From positions 1-27,206 of IMG/VR virus record IMGVR_UViG_2563366822_000012: a DNA stretch of 27,206 nucleotides; one strand, given 5' to 3'. This DNA comes from a virus (taxonomy: Duplodnaviria > Heunggongvirae > Uroviricota > Caudoviricetes). The position numbers were made by a program, and so were the translations under genes. The notes below the pieces were generated by a model that worked only from the letters and a program-made list of their open reading frames with translations, had not been told where the DNA came from and made no database searches. Below, piece by piece: positions 9,775 through 17,966 of this stretch (position 1 is the stretch's first letter; each line of letters starts with the position of its first letter).

Positions 9775-10269
9775 CTATCTGAGTTGAACATCAATGGAAT
9801 AAATATCACCACTCTTTATAAATTTAGAATCTGTCCTTTCATCAAAAGATTCAAATGACTGTACCTTTAAAAACTTTTTCATTTTATTTTCAAAAATACT
9901 TTCATTAACACCAGTTAAATACTTGAACGCTCTACCAGCAAGGACCTCATTACTTAAATCCATTGTGTTTTTATTGTCTTTGCAAAACCAAACAATAACC
10001 TTTTGTGGGCATGATGGATTATAAACAGATATATAAAACTGCGGCTCATATTTTTCATCAGCGTCATCACTAAGCATTTCTTCAGAAGATAATTCTCTTC
10101 TGAATTCATATTGCCGCTTAGTTATTCCTTCATCCTTTATTATCTCTTGCTTAACTGGTGCAATACCTATAGAAGAGATTAATTCTGACTCATTAAAGCT
10201 GAACTTACACTCCTCCGCGGCCAAGTTAAAAGATAAAAGTGCAGATATAAAAAAAACAAAGATACGCAT
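9775..10269 (-). CDS. Hypothetical secreted protein, about 164 aa, with N-terminal signal peptide; low-GC moron inside the tail operon
   Basis: ORF track gives 9775..10287; the internal ATG at 10269 has a GAAGGGA Shine-Dalgarno and yields MRIFVFFISALLSFNLAAEE…, a classic Sec signal peptide. Strongly AT-rich versus flanking tail genes; about 90-100 bp intergenic spacers on both sides, unlike the tightly packed neighbours. Confidence 0.7.
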   Translation of the reverse strand: MRIFVFFISALLSFNLAAEECKFSFNESELISSIGIAPVKQEIIKDEGITKRQYEFRRELSSEEMLSDDADEKYEPQFYISVYNPSCPQKVIVWFCKDNKNTMDLSNEVLAGRAFKYLTGVNESIFENKMKKFLKVQSFESFDERTDSKFIKSGDIYSIDVQLR

Positions 10270-10368
10270 AATCATCCCTTCAATCATTTGTAAGGAATGA
10301 TTATATTAACTACTTAAAGCTGAAAACCCAAATTATGCCAGACAAAAACACATTAATCATTTTGTACA

Positions 10369-12201
10369 CTACCTGAACCGCGTATAGCCAACATCATGGC
10401 TGACATCAAAACCGCTGGATCGCGTTTCCATAACCCGCATACCCGGAGGCGAATTCACAAAAGATACCTTGATCTCACCATCAACTTTTGGCACAGAAGC
10501 TTTGTTAATCATGAAGGGATTCGAGCCTGTGGCATCGGAGGCGTTGTTTGCCTGAGCCGGATCCACTACCGGATAAGGAGTGTATCCCCGTGGCGGTATT
10601 CCCGTCCCATAAGCATCATAAGCACCCGCGCCCCACTGCGCCGAGTTAATGGCATCGACCGTGTCACCGGAACTGTCGGTAAACCATTCAATAATCGGCT
10701 TCAGCTTGTCCCACATATCCTGAAACCACTTAACAACCGGTCCCCAGTTATTGATCACCATCCCCAGCGGCGACCAGGCAAAAACCTTCTTCAGAAGTTC
10801 CCAGCCTGCCTCAAAATAAGGACCAATAGTTTCCCAGAGCTTCTTGAAATAAGGTCCGACAACATCCCAGTTAGTGATAATTAATCCCGCAGCCAGAGCA
10901 ATCGCCGTCGCAATCATGCCAATCGGCGTCATCGACATGATCCTGCTGACAATACTGATGGCACCGCCCACGCCCATCAATCCCAGTTTCAGAATCGCAA
11001 GACCGGCAGCAAGCCCGACGACGCCGCGAATAACCCGGGGATTTTCATCCGCAAACTTCGTGAATTTCTCCCCCAACTCCCCCAGCCACTGCGTGATGTT
11101 CTTAGCGTCACCAGAAAATGCGCCGCCAATAGCCGCAAGGCCGTTAGTTGCGGTCCCCGTCATTGCCTCCCACAGGTTGGACAGCGTACCAAGCTGGGCC
11201 TGAACACGTTTATTCAGGCTGGCCTGTTTATTCATCTTCTGCTGGATCTGATCGTAGCCATCCTTTCCTTTATCGATCAGCGCATTGACCACCTGAAGGG
11301 TTTCGGCATCATCACCAAATATTGCCTTAAGTACACCGGTTCGCTTAACGTCGGTCAGTTTTCGCAGCTTTGCCAGTTGCCTGAACATGTTATCAAGACC
11401 GCCAAAACTCCCTTTGCCATCAGTAAAATCGAGCTGTACCCCGAGTTTCTGGCGGGCCATGATTTTATTGACGTCCCTGATTTTCTTAACGCTTAATCCG
11501 GACTGGATAACTTTTCGCAGGGCATTACCTGCCGACTCCCCGTTCATCCCCATTTGATCCATCATGACACTGATGGGGGCAAGACTCTGTGCAGCCTGAA
11601 GACCGTCCTTGTTCACCATCTTCAGAACAGAGCTGGTTTTAGTGAAGAATGACAACATGTTGGTGTCGTCAACGCCCAGATAAAACGCCTTCTGAATTGT
11701 GTCGAACAGCCCCATCATGTCTTCTGAGGCCGTTCCGGTAGCATCCTGCATCTTTGCAGCAAACTCAGCAGCCGCTTCCGGTGTTTTTTTCAGTTGTACC
11801 GCAAGATAAGCTGTCGCTTTACCCACACCACCAAGAATGTTTTCTGCCGGGATCCCCTGACGCACCAGCATCTGCATCATGTTCTGGAAATCAGCCGTTG
11901 TACCGGGTAGCTGGTTACCCAGGCCAATAGCCAGTTTATTGATGTCCTGAAAGCTCTTTCCAACCTCGCCGTTCGCATCCATCATGGCGACTTTCAGCCC
12001 GGTGGCGGCGTTTTCCTGATCGGCATAAGATTTCAGGGAAAGCGTCAGACCCGCTGCCAGTCCGCCACCAAGCGCCAGCCCACCCTGTGACGCTTCTTCC
12101 GCCTGGCGTTTAAATCCCCGGATTTTCTTTTGCATTTTCGACAGCGCGGGAGAAAGCCTGTCGACACCGGTGATCAACGCCTTAAGCTCAAATTCAGCCA
12201 T
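10369..12201 (-). CDS. Tail tape measure protein
   Basis: 610-aa ORF directly downstream of the frameshifted chaperone pair; Ala/Gly-rich with hydrophobic stretches typical of tape measure proteins; ATG at 12201. Confidence 0.9.
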   Translation of the reverse strand: MAEFELKALITGVDRLSPALSKMQKKIRGFKRQAEEASQGGLALGGGLAAGLTLSLKSYADQENAATGLKVAMMDANGEVGKSFQDINKLAIGLGNQLPGTTADFQNMMQMLVRQGIPAENILGGVGKATAYLAVQLKKTPEAAAEFAAKMQDATGTASEDMMGLFDTIQKAFYLGVDDTNMLSFFTKTSSVLKMVNKDGLQAAQSLAPISVMMDQMGMNGESAGNALRKVIQSGLSVKKIRDVNKIMARQKLGVQLDFTDGKGSFGGLDNMFRQLAKLRKLTDVKRTGVLKAIFGDDAETLQVVNALIDKGKDGYDQIQQKMNKQASLNKRVQAQLGTLSNLWEAMTGTATNGLAAIGGAFSGDAKNITQWLGELGEKFTKFADENPRVIRGVVGLAAGLAILKLGLMGVGGAISIVSRIMSMTPIGMIATAIALAAGLIITNWDVVGPYFKKLWETIGPYFEAGWELLKKVFAWSPLGMVINNWGPVVKWFQDMWDKLKPIIEWFTDSSGDTVDAINSAQWGAGAYDAYGTGIPPRGYTPYPVVDPAQANNASDATGSNPFMINKASVPKVDGEIKVSFVNSPPGMRVMETRSSGFDVSHDVGYTRFR

Positions 12202-12612
12202 GTGTGCGTTTCTCCTGCTCTATCCTGTTTGCCTGACTGACCAGTAAGGGAATTTCACTGATCGGCATATTCAGCAATTCGAAAGGATTAATGCGCCAGT
12301 AACTGGCGCAGTCAAAGAAGCGATCAGTGAGGTATTCAGCCGTCAGGCCTGGAGGAAAAAACCAGCCACAAGCCACGCCGCTGCATTCAGGTCTGCCGGA
12401 GACATCTGGTCGACAGAGCTTTGCGGCACTTTCGCCAGCCGCACAATGTATTTCGATACCACATGCGCCAGAAGTCTGACGGACTCATCCTGATTCATCT
12501 GGTAGGGATACCCCAGCTCGCGGACATCTTTCCCGGTGGGCTCATCAAACTCCAGTACGGAGAGTGTCTCGCCATGAGCGGTAATCGGTTTCTTTAACTC
12601 AAGCTCTTTCAT
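12194..12612 (-). CDS. Tail assembly chaperone, predicted -1 programmed frameshift fusion product (G-T-like)
   Basis: The 0-frame reads …GCT GGT TTT TTC CTC CAG GCC TGA; the overlapping -1 frame reads …TGG TTT TTT CCT CCA GGC CTG ACG… and continues to the stop at 12196-12194, ending 8 nt inside the tape measure start. Confidence 0.65.
12343..12612 (-). CDS. Tail assembly chaperone (G-like, Mu gp41-like), 0-frame product
   Basis: 89-aa ORF between the tube and tape measure genes; ATG 12612 overlaps the tube stop (TAATG). Confidence 0.8.
   Translation of the reverse strand: MKELELKKPITAHGETLSVLEFDEPTGKDVRELGYPYQMNQDESVRLLAHVVSKYIVRLAKVPQSSVDQMSPADLNAAAWLVAGFFLQA
12354..12360 (-). other. Slippery heptanucleotide T_TTT_TTC for -1 ribosomal frameshifting in the tail chaperone gene
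   Basis: Minus-strand TTTTTTC (plus-strand GAAAAAA at 12354-12360) fits the X_XXY_YYZ pattern and lies exactly where the two overlapping chaperone frames diverge. Confidence 0.6.
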
Positions 12613-12968
12613 TACTGGTAATCCCCTTCTTCACCGTGGAACTCAAGATCAACCGTCCCTTCTTCGGCATTATGGTTTGCTTCGCCGTGCAGCCAGGCAG
12701 ACGACAGTACATAGACCTGACCGTTCGCCAGCTCGGCTGTGATGGTCATCTCATCAGACGAGGTGATTTTGCTCACCGGAAAATTCTTCGGCACCTTGAA
12801 GGTCCCTTTGACATAAGGCGCACGGTGAGTTTCCTTGCGGTCCACTGAACCGTCCAGGCCGATGATGTCATCATTGACCGTCCTGTTCATGGGCACCTCA
12901 ATGCCGCCGGTCAGCGATAGCTGCTGACCGTCAATTTTGAAATAACAGGTTCCCCCGATACGGGCCAT
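12612..12968 (-). CDS. Tail tube protein (Mu gpM-like)
   Basis: 118-aa ORF immediately after the sheath gene (stop/start overlap TAATG); size and position typical of contractile-tail tube proteins. Confidence 0.8.
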   Translation of the reverse strand: MARIGGTCYFKIDGQQLSLTGGIEVPMNRTVNDDIIGLDGSVDRKETHRAPYVKGTFKVPKNFPVSKITSSDEMTITAELANGQVYVLSSAWLHGEANHNAEEGTVDLEFHGEEGDYQ

Positions 12969-14464
12969 TATGCAGACTCCTCTGAATACTGAAGACGGAA
13001 CTGGTTAACCACGGCAAAGACACGCAACTGGTTAACATAGTCAGGCGGGAACAGCGTGTTCAGGCGGTTCGGATCGCTGGCATCACGCTCCACAACCAGG
13101 TACTGCTTAAACAGTTCGTAGTTTTCCACGATCCCCGCACGCTCAAGCTGACGGTAGGTTGCCAGCAGTTCCCCTTTGATCACCGCCGGGGTGACAATCG
13201 CCTGACCGGGACCAAAGCGGGTACCGTCACTGGCAAGCTTGTGACGCCCGTACTTACTGGTAATGACGGATTTCAGTTTGCGCAGTACATACGCGCTGGT
13301 ATGCAGCGTCTCACTGTCGAGGTAGCTGTTATCCGCAACCCCGTAAGCGTTTTTCCTGTACGTGGTGACATCACGCTGAATGCGCAGCACCCCGCTTTCG
13401 ACATACGCCGTTGCCACGCCATGAGACAGCAGGGTCTGTTGTTCGGTCATCGTGAACCGTTTCCCCTTCGGCGCAGGCAGCATACCCACCAGCTCACCGG
13501 TCTGCGTGGGACGTGCCGGATCGTTGCGAATAAACACCGCTGCGCGGGCGGTACGGCTTGCCGCCAGCTCGTCGGCAGGCGTCTGGGTCTCTTTTTCGTA
13601 CCCCGCCAGGGTAATGTGCTGCTGGTTAAACTGGTCACCTGCGGTCACCAGTTCTGACAGCGTGCCGATCTTTGCCGTATACACATGACCATACAGCTGA
13701 CGCGCATAGCTCCAGCGACCGCTGGTATCGTTCATCTCGGTCACCAGCGTGTTAACGGAGGCCGTGTCGTTGAACGGCAGACCGATATAATCAAACGGCT
13801 CATCCGCCATTGCAGCCACCGCGCCGGTGAGAACAGGAGCCCCCGTTCCGGCGGTCCCCGCCGCCACGGCAATCTGTACGCCCGCAGGCAGCACTTCGCC
13901 CCCACCGAAGCCGTAGTAATTGAGGCTGACAGGAATTTCATTCCCGCAAAGCCCCTTATGACGCGCGGTCAGTGTGACCACGCCAGCCGAAGATGAGGCC
14001 GTAAACGGCAGGGCCGGAACGGCATTGATGGCATCCTGGATACTGCCGGCAATCGTCGCGACGTTATCGCCATTGGTCACCGGTGCCTGCACGCGGGTAC
14101 GTCCCACATAAACATTCACCGTGCCGGTTTCGGTTGCCGCCCCGGTCACCGTCAGCGTAACCGTTGCCGCCGCGCCTGTGGCTTCCGGAACGGCAATCAC
14201 ATACAGCTCGCCAAACGGGTCAGTCTGGCGATAAGCCTCGACCATACGCGCCAGCTGACTTCCCGCACCACAAATCTGGCGTGCATAGTCTGCCGACGGC
14301 ATCAGTACCAGACTGTTGGCAACAATCTCTGCACCGTTATTGGCATGACCAATCAGCAGCGATGCTCCGCTGTCCTGTGCAGTATTCGCCGCCTGGTTAT
14401 CCATTTCCGCATAAAACAACGGAACCAGCGTATTCGACGGAATGGTGTTAAAGCTTGTCGTCAT
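12968..14464 (-). CDS. Tail sheath protein (Mu gpL-like)
   Basis: 498-aa ORF, first large gene of the tail module, followed by tube, chaperone and tape measure genes. Confidence 0.88.
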   Translation of the reverse strand: MTTSFNTIPSNTLVPLFYAEMDNQAANTAQDSGASLLIGHANNGAEIVANSLVLMPSADYARQICGAGSQLARMVEAYRQTDPFGELYVIAVPEATGAAATVTLTVTGAATETGTVNVYVGRTRVQAPVTNGDNVATIAGSIQDAINAVPALPFTASSSAGVVTLTARHKGLCGNEIPVSLNYYGFGGGEVLPAGVQIAVAAGTAGTGAPVLTGAVAAMADEPFDYIGLPFNDTASVNTLVTEMNDTSGRWSYARQLYGHVYTAKIGTLSELVTAGDQFNQQHITLAGYEKETQTPADELAASRTARAAVFIRNDPARPTQTGELVGMLPAPKGKRFTMTEQQTLLSHGVATAYVESGVLRIQRDVTTYRKNAYGVADNSYLDSETLHTSAYVLRKLKSVITSKYGRHKLASDGTRFGPGQAIVTPAVIKGELLATYRQLERAGIVENYELFKQYLVVERDASDPNRLNTLFPPDYVNQLRVFAVVNQFRLQYSEESA

Positions 14465-14618
14465 CGGTATTCACCTTTTTATTCACGCGCCGGATATCAC
14501 CCGCTGCTTCACGGCGCAGCCAGTAGTTGTTCTCGTCAACATTTCGCCCTTCGGCGGGCAAAAGGTCGCCGCGGGCAGGGTCAGGAACTGACCGCCCTTT
14601 AACAGGTTTGACAAACAT
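14448..14618 (-). CDS. Small conserved phage protein (56 aa), possibly DUF2635-like, upstream of the sheath gene
   Basis: Not in the ORF track (below size cutoff). ATG 14618-14616 with GAGGA 5-9 nt upstream; translation MFVKPVKGRSVPDPARGDLLPAEGRNVDENNYWLRREAAGDIRRVNKKVNTDDDKL; 3' end overlaps the sheath start. Confidence 0.5.
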   Translation of the reverse strand: MFVKPVKGRSVPDPARGDLLPAEGRNVDENNYWLRREAAGDIRRVNKKVNTDDDKL

Positions 14619-14626
14619 GAGGATCC

Positions 14627-15187
14627 TCAGGAAGGAAGGGTTATTTCGGTGTGATGTTCGATATCGCCGTCAGGCCCGTTACCGGGCTCGAGATAATCAA
14701 CATCAATCGCCAGCGTTTGCAGTTCATCCAGACTGTTCAGATCATCCTGCTGGCGGGTATCGTCTTCAGTCAGCTCGCTGATGACCGAAAAATCGAACTG
14801 ATAAATCAGCTCATGACGATTCAGATCCAGCAGCGTGCCGCCGTCATAGGTAATCGGGTTACCGCACGCCTCCGGGTTCCAGCCCAGCAGAGCCTTAAAG
14901 AGCATCTGCCGGACATCGTCCACCACATCATACGAGGCAAACTGACCGCGCTCATCACGCCCGTTACTCAGTATGACAACCACGGAGAAACCCTCTTTCA
15001 GCTCCTGCCAGTAGTCGGTCTGGCTTTTGTTTTCTCCCGGAGAATCATCACCCGGTACAACATATGCCGCCGGGAGTTTCAGCTTTCCGACCTCCGGCAG
15101 ATTTTTGAACTGGGCCGCGCCTGCAACCCGGTTTTCAAAATACGGACAGCGGGCACGCAGTGCAGCAATAACAGGCGTCAGTTTCAT
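14627..15187 (-). CDS. Tail-associated protein (possibly Gp37/Gp68-family); tail completion or neck protein
   Basis: 186-aa ORF with acidic C-terminal region, between head-completion genes and the sheath; family call from memory, function by position. Confidence 0.55.
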   Translation of the reverse strand: MKLTPVIAALRARCPYFENRVAGAAQFKNLPEVGKLKLPAAYVVPGDDSPGENKSQTDYWQELKEGFSVVVILSNGRDERGQFASYDVVDDVRQMLFKALLGWNPEACGNPITYDGGTLLDLNRHELIYQFDFSVISELTEDDTRQQDDLNSLDELQTLAIDVDYLEPGNGPDGDIEHHTEITLPS

Positions 15188-15690
15188 CTGTATCGTCGCT
15201 CCGGCTTCAGTGATTTACGCAATTCCCGCGCCAGAAAATAGCGTGTCCAGCTGCGGTTCTTTTCAAGCGTTTCCACCATAAAGTTATTACGTGGAGCCAG
15301 TCGCCAGCCGCTGCCACCGGATGCACCACGATGATGGCTGCGACGACGCTTTGCTCCTCCCCGGACACCAAAAAACAGAAACGCCGGATAGAAGTCACCA
15401 GAGATCATCCGGTTCCCCTTCCCGTTGCGCTGGTTAGGGGCAATGCGTGTCATAAAACCGGCTCGCTTTTTACTGGCTCTCGGCACCATGTAACCAATCG
15501 AACGAGCCAGGCGTCCGGTCTGATAACCGGGGTTTTCACCCGGTGCCGACCGCGCACGGCGCATCACCAGCCGACGGGCATCACGCATATGACGCTGACC
15601 AATCGTGACAAACGCCCGCCGGACACGGGCACGGTTAAAGCGCATCTCCGCGGGCTGCTGAACATCAACGTGAAAAAAGGGAGTCGCCAT
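15184..15690 (-). CDS. HK97 gp10-like virion morphogenesis / tail-component protein
   Basis: 168-aa very basic ORF; ATG 15690 with strong GGAGG about 10 nt upstream; overlaps the upstream gene by 26 nt; position in the head-tail joining block. Confidence 0.6.
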   Translation of the reverse strand: MATPFFHVDVQQPAEMRFNRARVRRAFVTIGQRHMRDARRLVMRRARSAPGENPGYQTGRLARSIGYMVPRASKKRAGFMTRIAPNQRNGKGNRMISGDFYPAFLFFGVRGGAKRRRSHHRGASGGSGWRLAPRNNFMVETLEKNRSWTRYFLARELRKSLKPERRYR

Positions 15691-16075
15691 TGCTGCCTCC
15701 GTGACTCTGCCTACATTCGCCCAGTTCCGTACACTCCAGCAGCAGAAAGCGCCGCGCCCCGTTCAGATCGCGCTGACGTTTCACCCGGTACACACTGTCA
15801 CCGCAGACCACCTCATAATCAGCGGTGATCCCCCGGCGGTAGCGAATGGTGATGTAATGGGTGATGGCGTCCCCGGTCTGCGCGGTTTCCTGCCAGGTGG
15901 TGGCACTGGTCTGGATAACCTTCGCCCATGTCCGGAACGTAACCGGGTATTGAGACTCCACGCCAAAGTTATCCGCGGGCATATCCACCCGCTGGCGGAT
16001 CAGGACGCGTTTATTCAGTTCACCGGGGTCCGGCAGAATGTAGGTTGCGCTGGTCTGCGCCTGACGAATTTTCAT
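15665..16075 (-). CDS. Head-tail adaptor / head closure protein (Phage_H_T_join-like)
   Basis: 136-aa ORF with …FRTWAKV……ITIRYRRGIT…YRVKRQRDLNGARRFLLLEC… resembling head-closure proteins; ATGA overlap with the connector gene. Confidence 0.7.
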   Translation of the reverse strand: MKIRQAQTSATYILPDPGELNKRVLIRQRVDMPADNFGVESQYPVTFRTWAKVIQTSATTWQETAQTGDAITHYITIRYRRGITADYEVVCGDSVYRVKRQRDLNGARRFLLLECTELGECRQSHGGSNGDSLFSR

Positions 16076-16395
16076 TGCGGAAAGTACCTGTACGGGCCGA
16101 CAAGCCAGCCAAAACTCTGCGGCATGTCGAGTTTCTCCACTTCCGTAACCGACGAGCGGTTTTCGTAAAAATGGCTGATAAGCATCAGCATCCCCAGACG
16201 AATATCATCCGACAGGTGCAGCCCGTCCGGATCGCTGTCCGGAATGGTTTCATCCGGTGCATAGAGCTTCCGGTTCAGATACGTTTCCGTCCGCTTTTGC
16301 GCCGCACAGGCCAGCAGTTGCAGATGGCGGTCATCAGCATCGAAATCCTCATCCAGCCGGAGTTGGGCTTTAATCTCTTCCATTGTCAGAAGCAT
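16072..16395 (-). CDS. Head-tail connector protein (gp6-like)
   Basis: 107-aa ORF, N-terminus M..EEIKAQLRLDEDFDADD… resembles the gp6-like connector family; immediately downstream of the capsid-proximal small ORF. Confidence 0.72.
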   Translation of the reverse strand: MLLTMEEIKAQLRLDEDFDADDRHLQLLACAAQKRTETYLNRKLYAPDETIPDSDPDGLHLSDDIRLGMLMLISHFYENRSSVTEVEKLDMPQSFGWLVGPYRYFPQ

Positions 16396-16397
16396 AC

Positions 16398-16598
16398 TCA
16401 GCCCTCTTTACTGGTCGTGGCTTTTTTCTCTTTTGCTGCTTTACTGCTTTTTGTACTGGTTCCGCGCTCTGCTAACCCGGCCTGAAGTGCAATCTCCTGC
16501 ACCCGGGCAGGAAGCGTCCCGTCGTCATACTCACCGGCCCGAATGACCTCAACACGCATACCGTCCGGTGACCATTTCAGATCTTGTTTCAGGATCAT
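16398..16598 (-). CDS. Hypothetical small protein (66 aa) between major capsid and connector genes
   Basis: Tightly placed ORF (stop 2 nt before the connector ATG) with Lys/Ser-rich C-terminus; function unknown. Confidence 0.5.
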   Translation of the reverse strand: MILKQDLKWSPDGMRVEVIRAGEYDDGTLPARVQEIALQAGLAERGTSTKSSKAAKEKKATTSKEG

Positions 16599-16620
16599 GA
16601 TTCTTCACCCGTCAGAACAG

Positions 16621-16640
16621 GGGGCGCGGTTCCGCGCCCC
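16621..16640 (-). promoter_or_regulatory. Perfect GC-rich stem-loop (GGGGCGCGG-TT-CCGCGCCCC) immediately 3' of the major capsid gene
   Basis: Perfect palindrome 7 nt after the capsid stop codon, with no following U-tract; more likely an mRNA stabilising or processing hairpin than an intrinsic terminator. Confidence 0.45.
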
Positions 16641-16647
16641 TGAATGA

Positions 16648-17853
16648 TTACGCCGCTGCAATCTTCAGCAGTTTGATGGCCTGCGAATCGACCAGCATCC
16701 CGCCGGTGCGCTTGGTGGTATAAAAACCGACAAACGGTTTATTGGTGTACGGGTCACGCAGAATGCGGGTGCCGATACGGTCAACGATGGTGTAACCCCG
16801 TTTGAAGTTACCAAATGCAATGGCTTTCGCATCAGCGGCGATATCCGGCATCTGTTCGTTTTCAGCGATACCGTAACCCGCCAGAGAGGACGGCTGCCCC
16901 AGTTCCAGCCCAGGACGCCACAGATAGTTACCCTCGGTGTCTTTCAGCAGACGGATGGCAAACAGGCTGTTGTTGTTCATCATGAACTTCGCGCCAGTGC
17001 GGTGTGCCTTTCGCAGCGTGTAAATCAGTTTGATAATGGCGTCTGCGGTCACCGCAGTCGCGTCGCCGGATACAATATGCTGAAGTTTGCCGAACGCCCG
17101 GACCTTGTCGGTTTCATCGGTGGATTCATACGCCAGGAACCCTTTCGGCTTCTTGGTGCCATCGCCGGAGGTAAAGGCAATTTCTTCCTGTTCGGTAAAT
17201 TCGGTTGCCAGCTCGCTGTTGATCCAGGCCTCCACGTTGAAGAAGGCATCGTCCAGCATTTTCTGGGTAGCCTGCGGGTTGCCGTAGATTTCCCCCATGA
17301 GAGGTTCAATCAGCTCCAGTCTGGAGGTGGCAGTCTGGGATCGCGTATCCGTTTCCCCCACCCATCCGGAAGCCGTACCGCCCAGATTCACCAGTTTTTT
17401 GTAGTCGGAACCGCCAACGGTGATCACCGTGGCTTCCTGACGCATCACCACTTCATCTTTCAGCAGGGTGAGAATGTTGCGATCCAGTTCTTCCGGCACG
17501 GCGTAGCCACCGTCTTCATCGGTACCCACCTGCAATGCCTTACGCTCCAGATCGCGCAGACCGTCTTCACGGCCTTTACGCAGGAAGCCCACAAACGCCT
17601 CTTTATGCTCGGTGGCCAGTTTATTTTGCGCTCCACCAGCCGGACGTTTCAGCTCAAGCAGCTCTTTTTCAAGGTCGCTTTTGAGATTTTCCAGCTCGCT
17701 GAGTTTCCCGTTCAGAGTTTCCACCTGCCCGGCAAGTTTGCCTTTTTCCTGCTCAATCGCATCCACGCGCTTGTCGTTCTTTGCTTTGAAGTCGTCAAAC
17801 TTCTGCTGCAGCTCCTGCGCGACCTGTTCGACATCTTTAATATCAACCGCCAT
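16648..17853 (-). CDS. Major capsid protein, HK97 family
   Basis: 401-aa ORF; ATG 17853 preceded by AGGAG; N-terminal coiled-coil-like delta region (…LNGKLSELENLKSDLEKELLELK…) followed by the capsid body, as in HK97-type capsid proteins; follows the prohead protease. Confidence 0.92.
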   Translation of the reverse strand: MAVDIKDVEQVAQELQQKFDDFKAKNDKRVDAIEQEKGKLAGQVETLNGKLSELENLKSDLEKELLELKRPAGGAQNKLATEHKEAFVGFLRKGREDGLRDLERKALQVGTDEDGGYAVPEELDRNILTLLKDEVVMRQEATVITVGGSDYKKLVNLGGTASGWVGETDTRSQTATSRLELIEPLMGEIYGNPQATQKMLDDAFFNVEAWINSELATEFTEQEEIAFTSGDGTKKPKGFLAYESTDETDKVRAFGKLQHIVSGDATAVTADAIIKLIYTLRKAHRTGAKFMMNNNSLFAIRLLKDTEGNYLWRPGLELGQPSSLAGYGIAENEQMPDIAADAKAIAFGNFKRGYTIVDRIGTRILRDPYTNKPFVGFYTTKRTGGMLVDSQAIKLLKIAAA

Positions 17854-17966
17854 CGTATTTCTCCTGATTAGAAGTTCAGATTTTTCAGTGCATTCAGTGC
17901 AGAGCCCACATCCTCAGCGTCGCGCAGGGACAGTGCGCCATAGCCCCCGGCCATGAATGCTTTGGC

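Noticed and set aside
14651-15241. 196-aa plus-strand ORF
   Set aside because: Antisense to the tightly coupled minus-strand head-tail genes (14627-15690); no independent support.
15331-16485. Plus-strand ORFs 15331-15828, 15701-16168 and 16045-16485
   Set aside because: All overlap minus-strand connector genes that have good RBSs and translational coupling; judged to be shadow ORFs.
17002-17871. 289-aa plus-strand ORF
   Set aside because: Lies entirely antisense to the well-supported major capsid gene; composition (F/L/Q/H-rich) is typical of a reverse-frame artefact in GC-rich coding DNA; no RBS.
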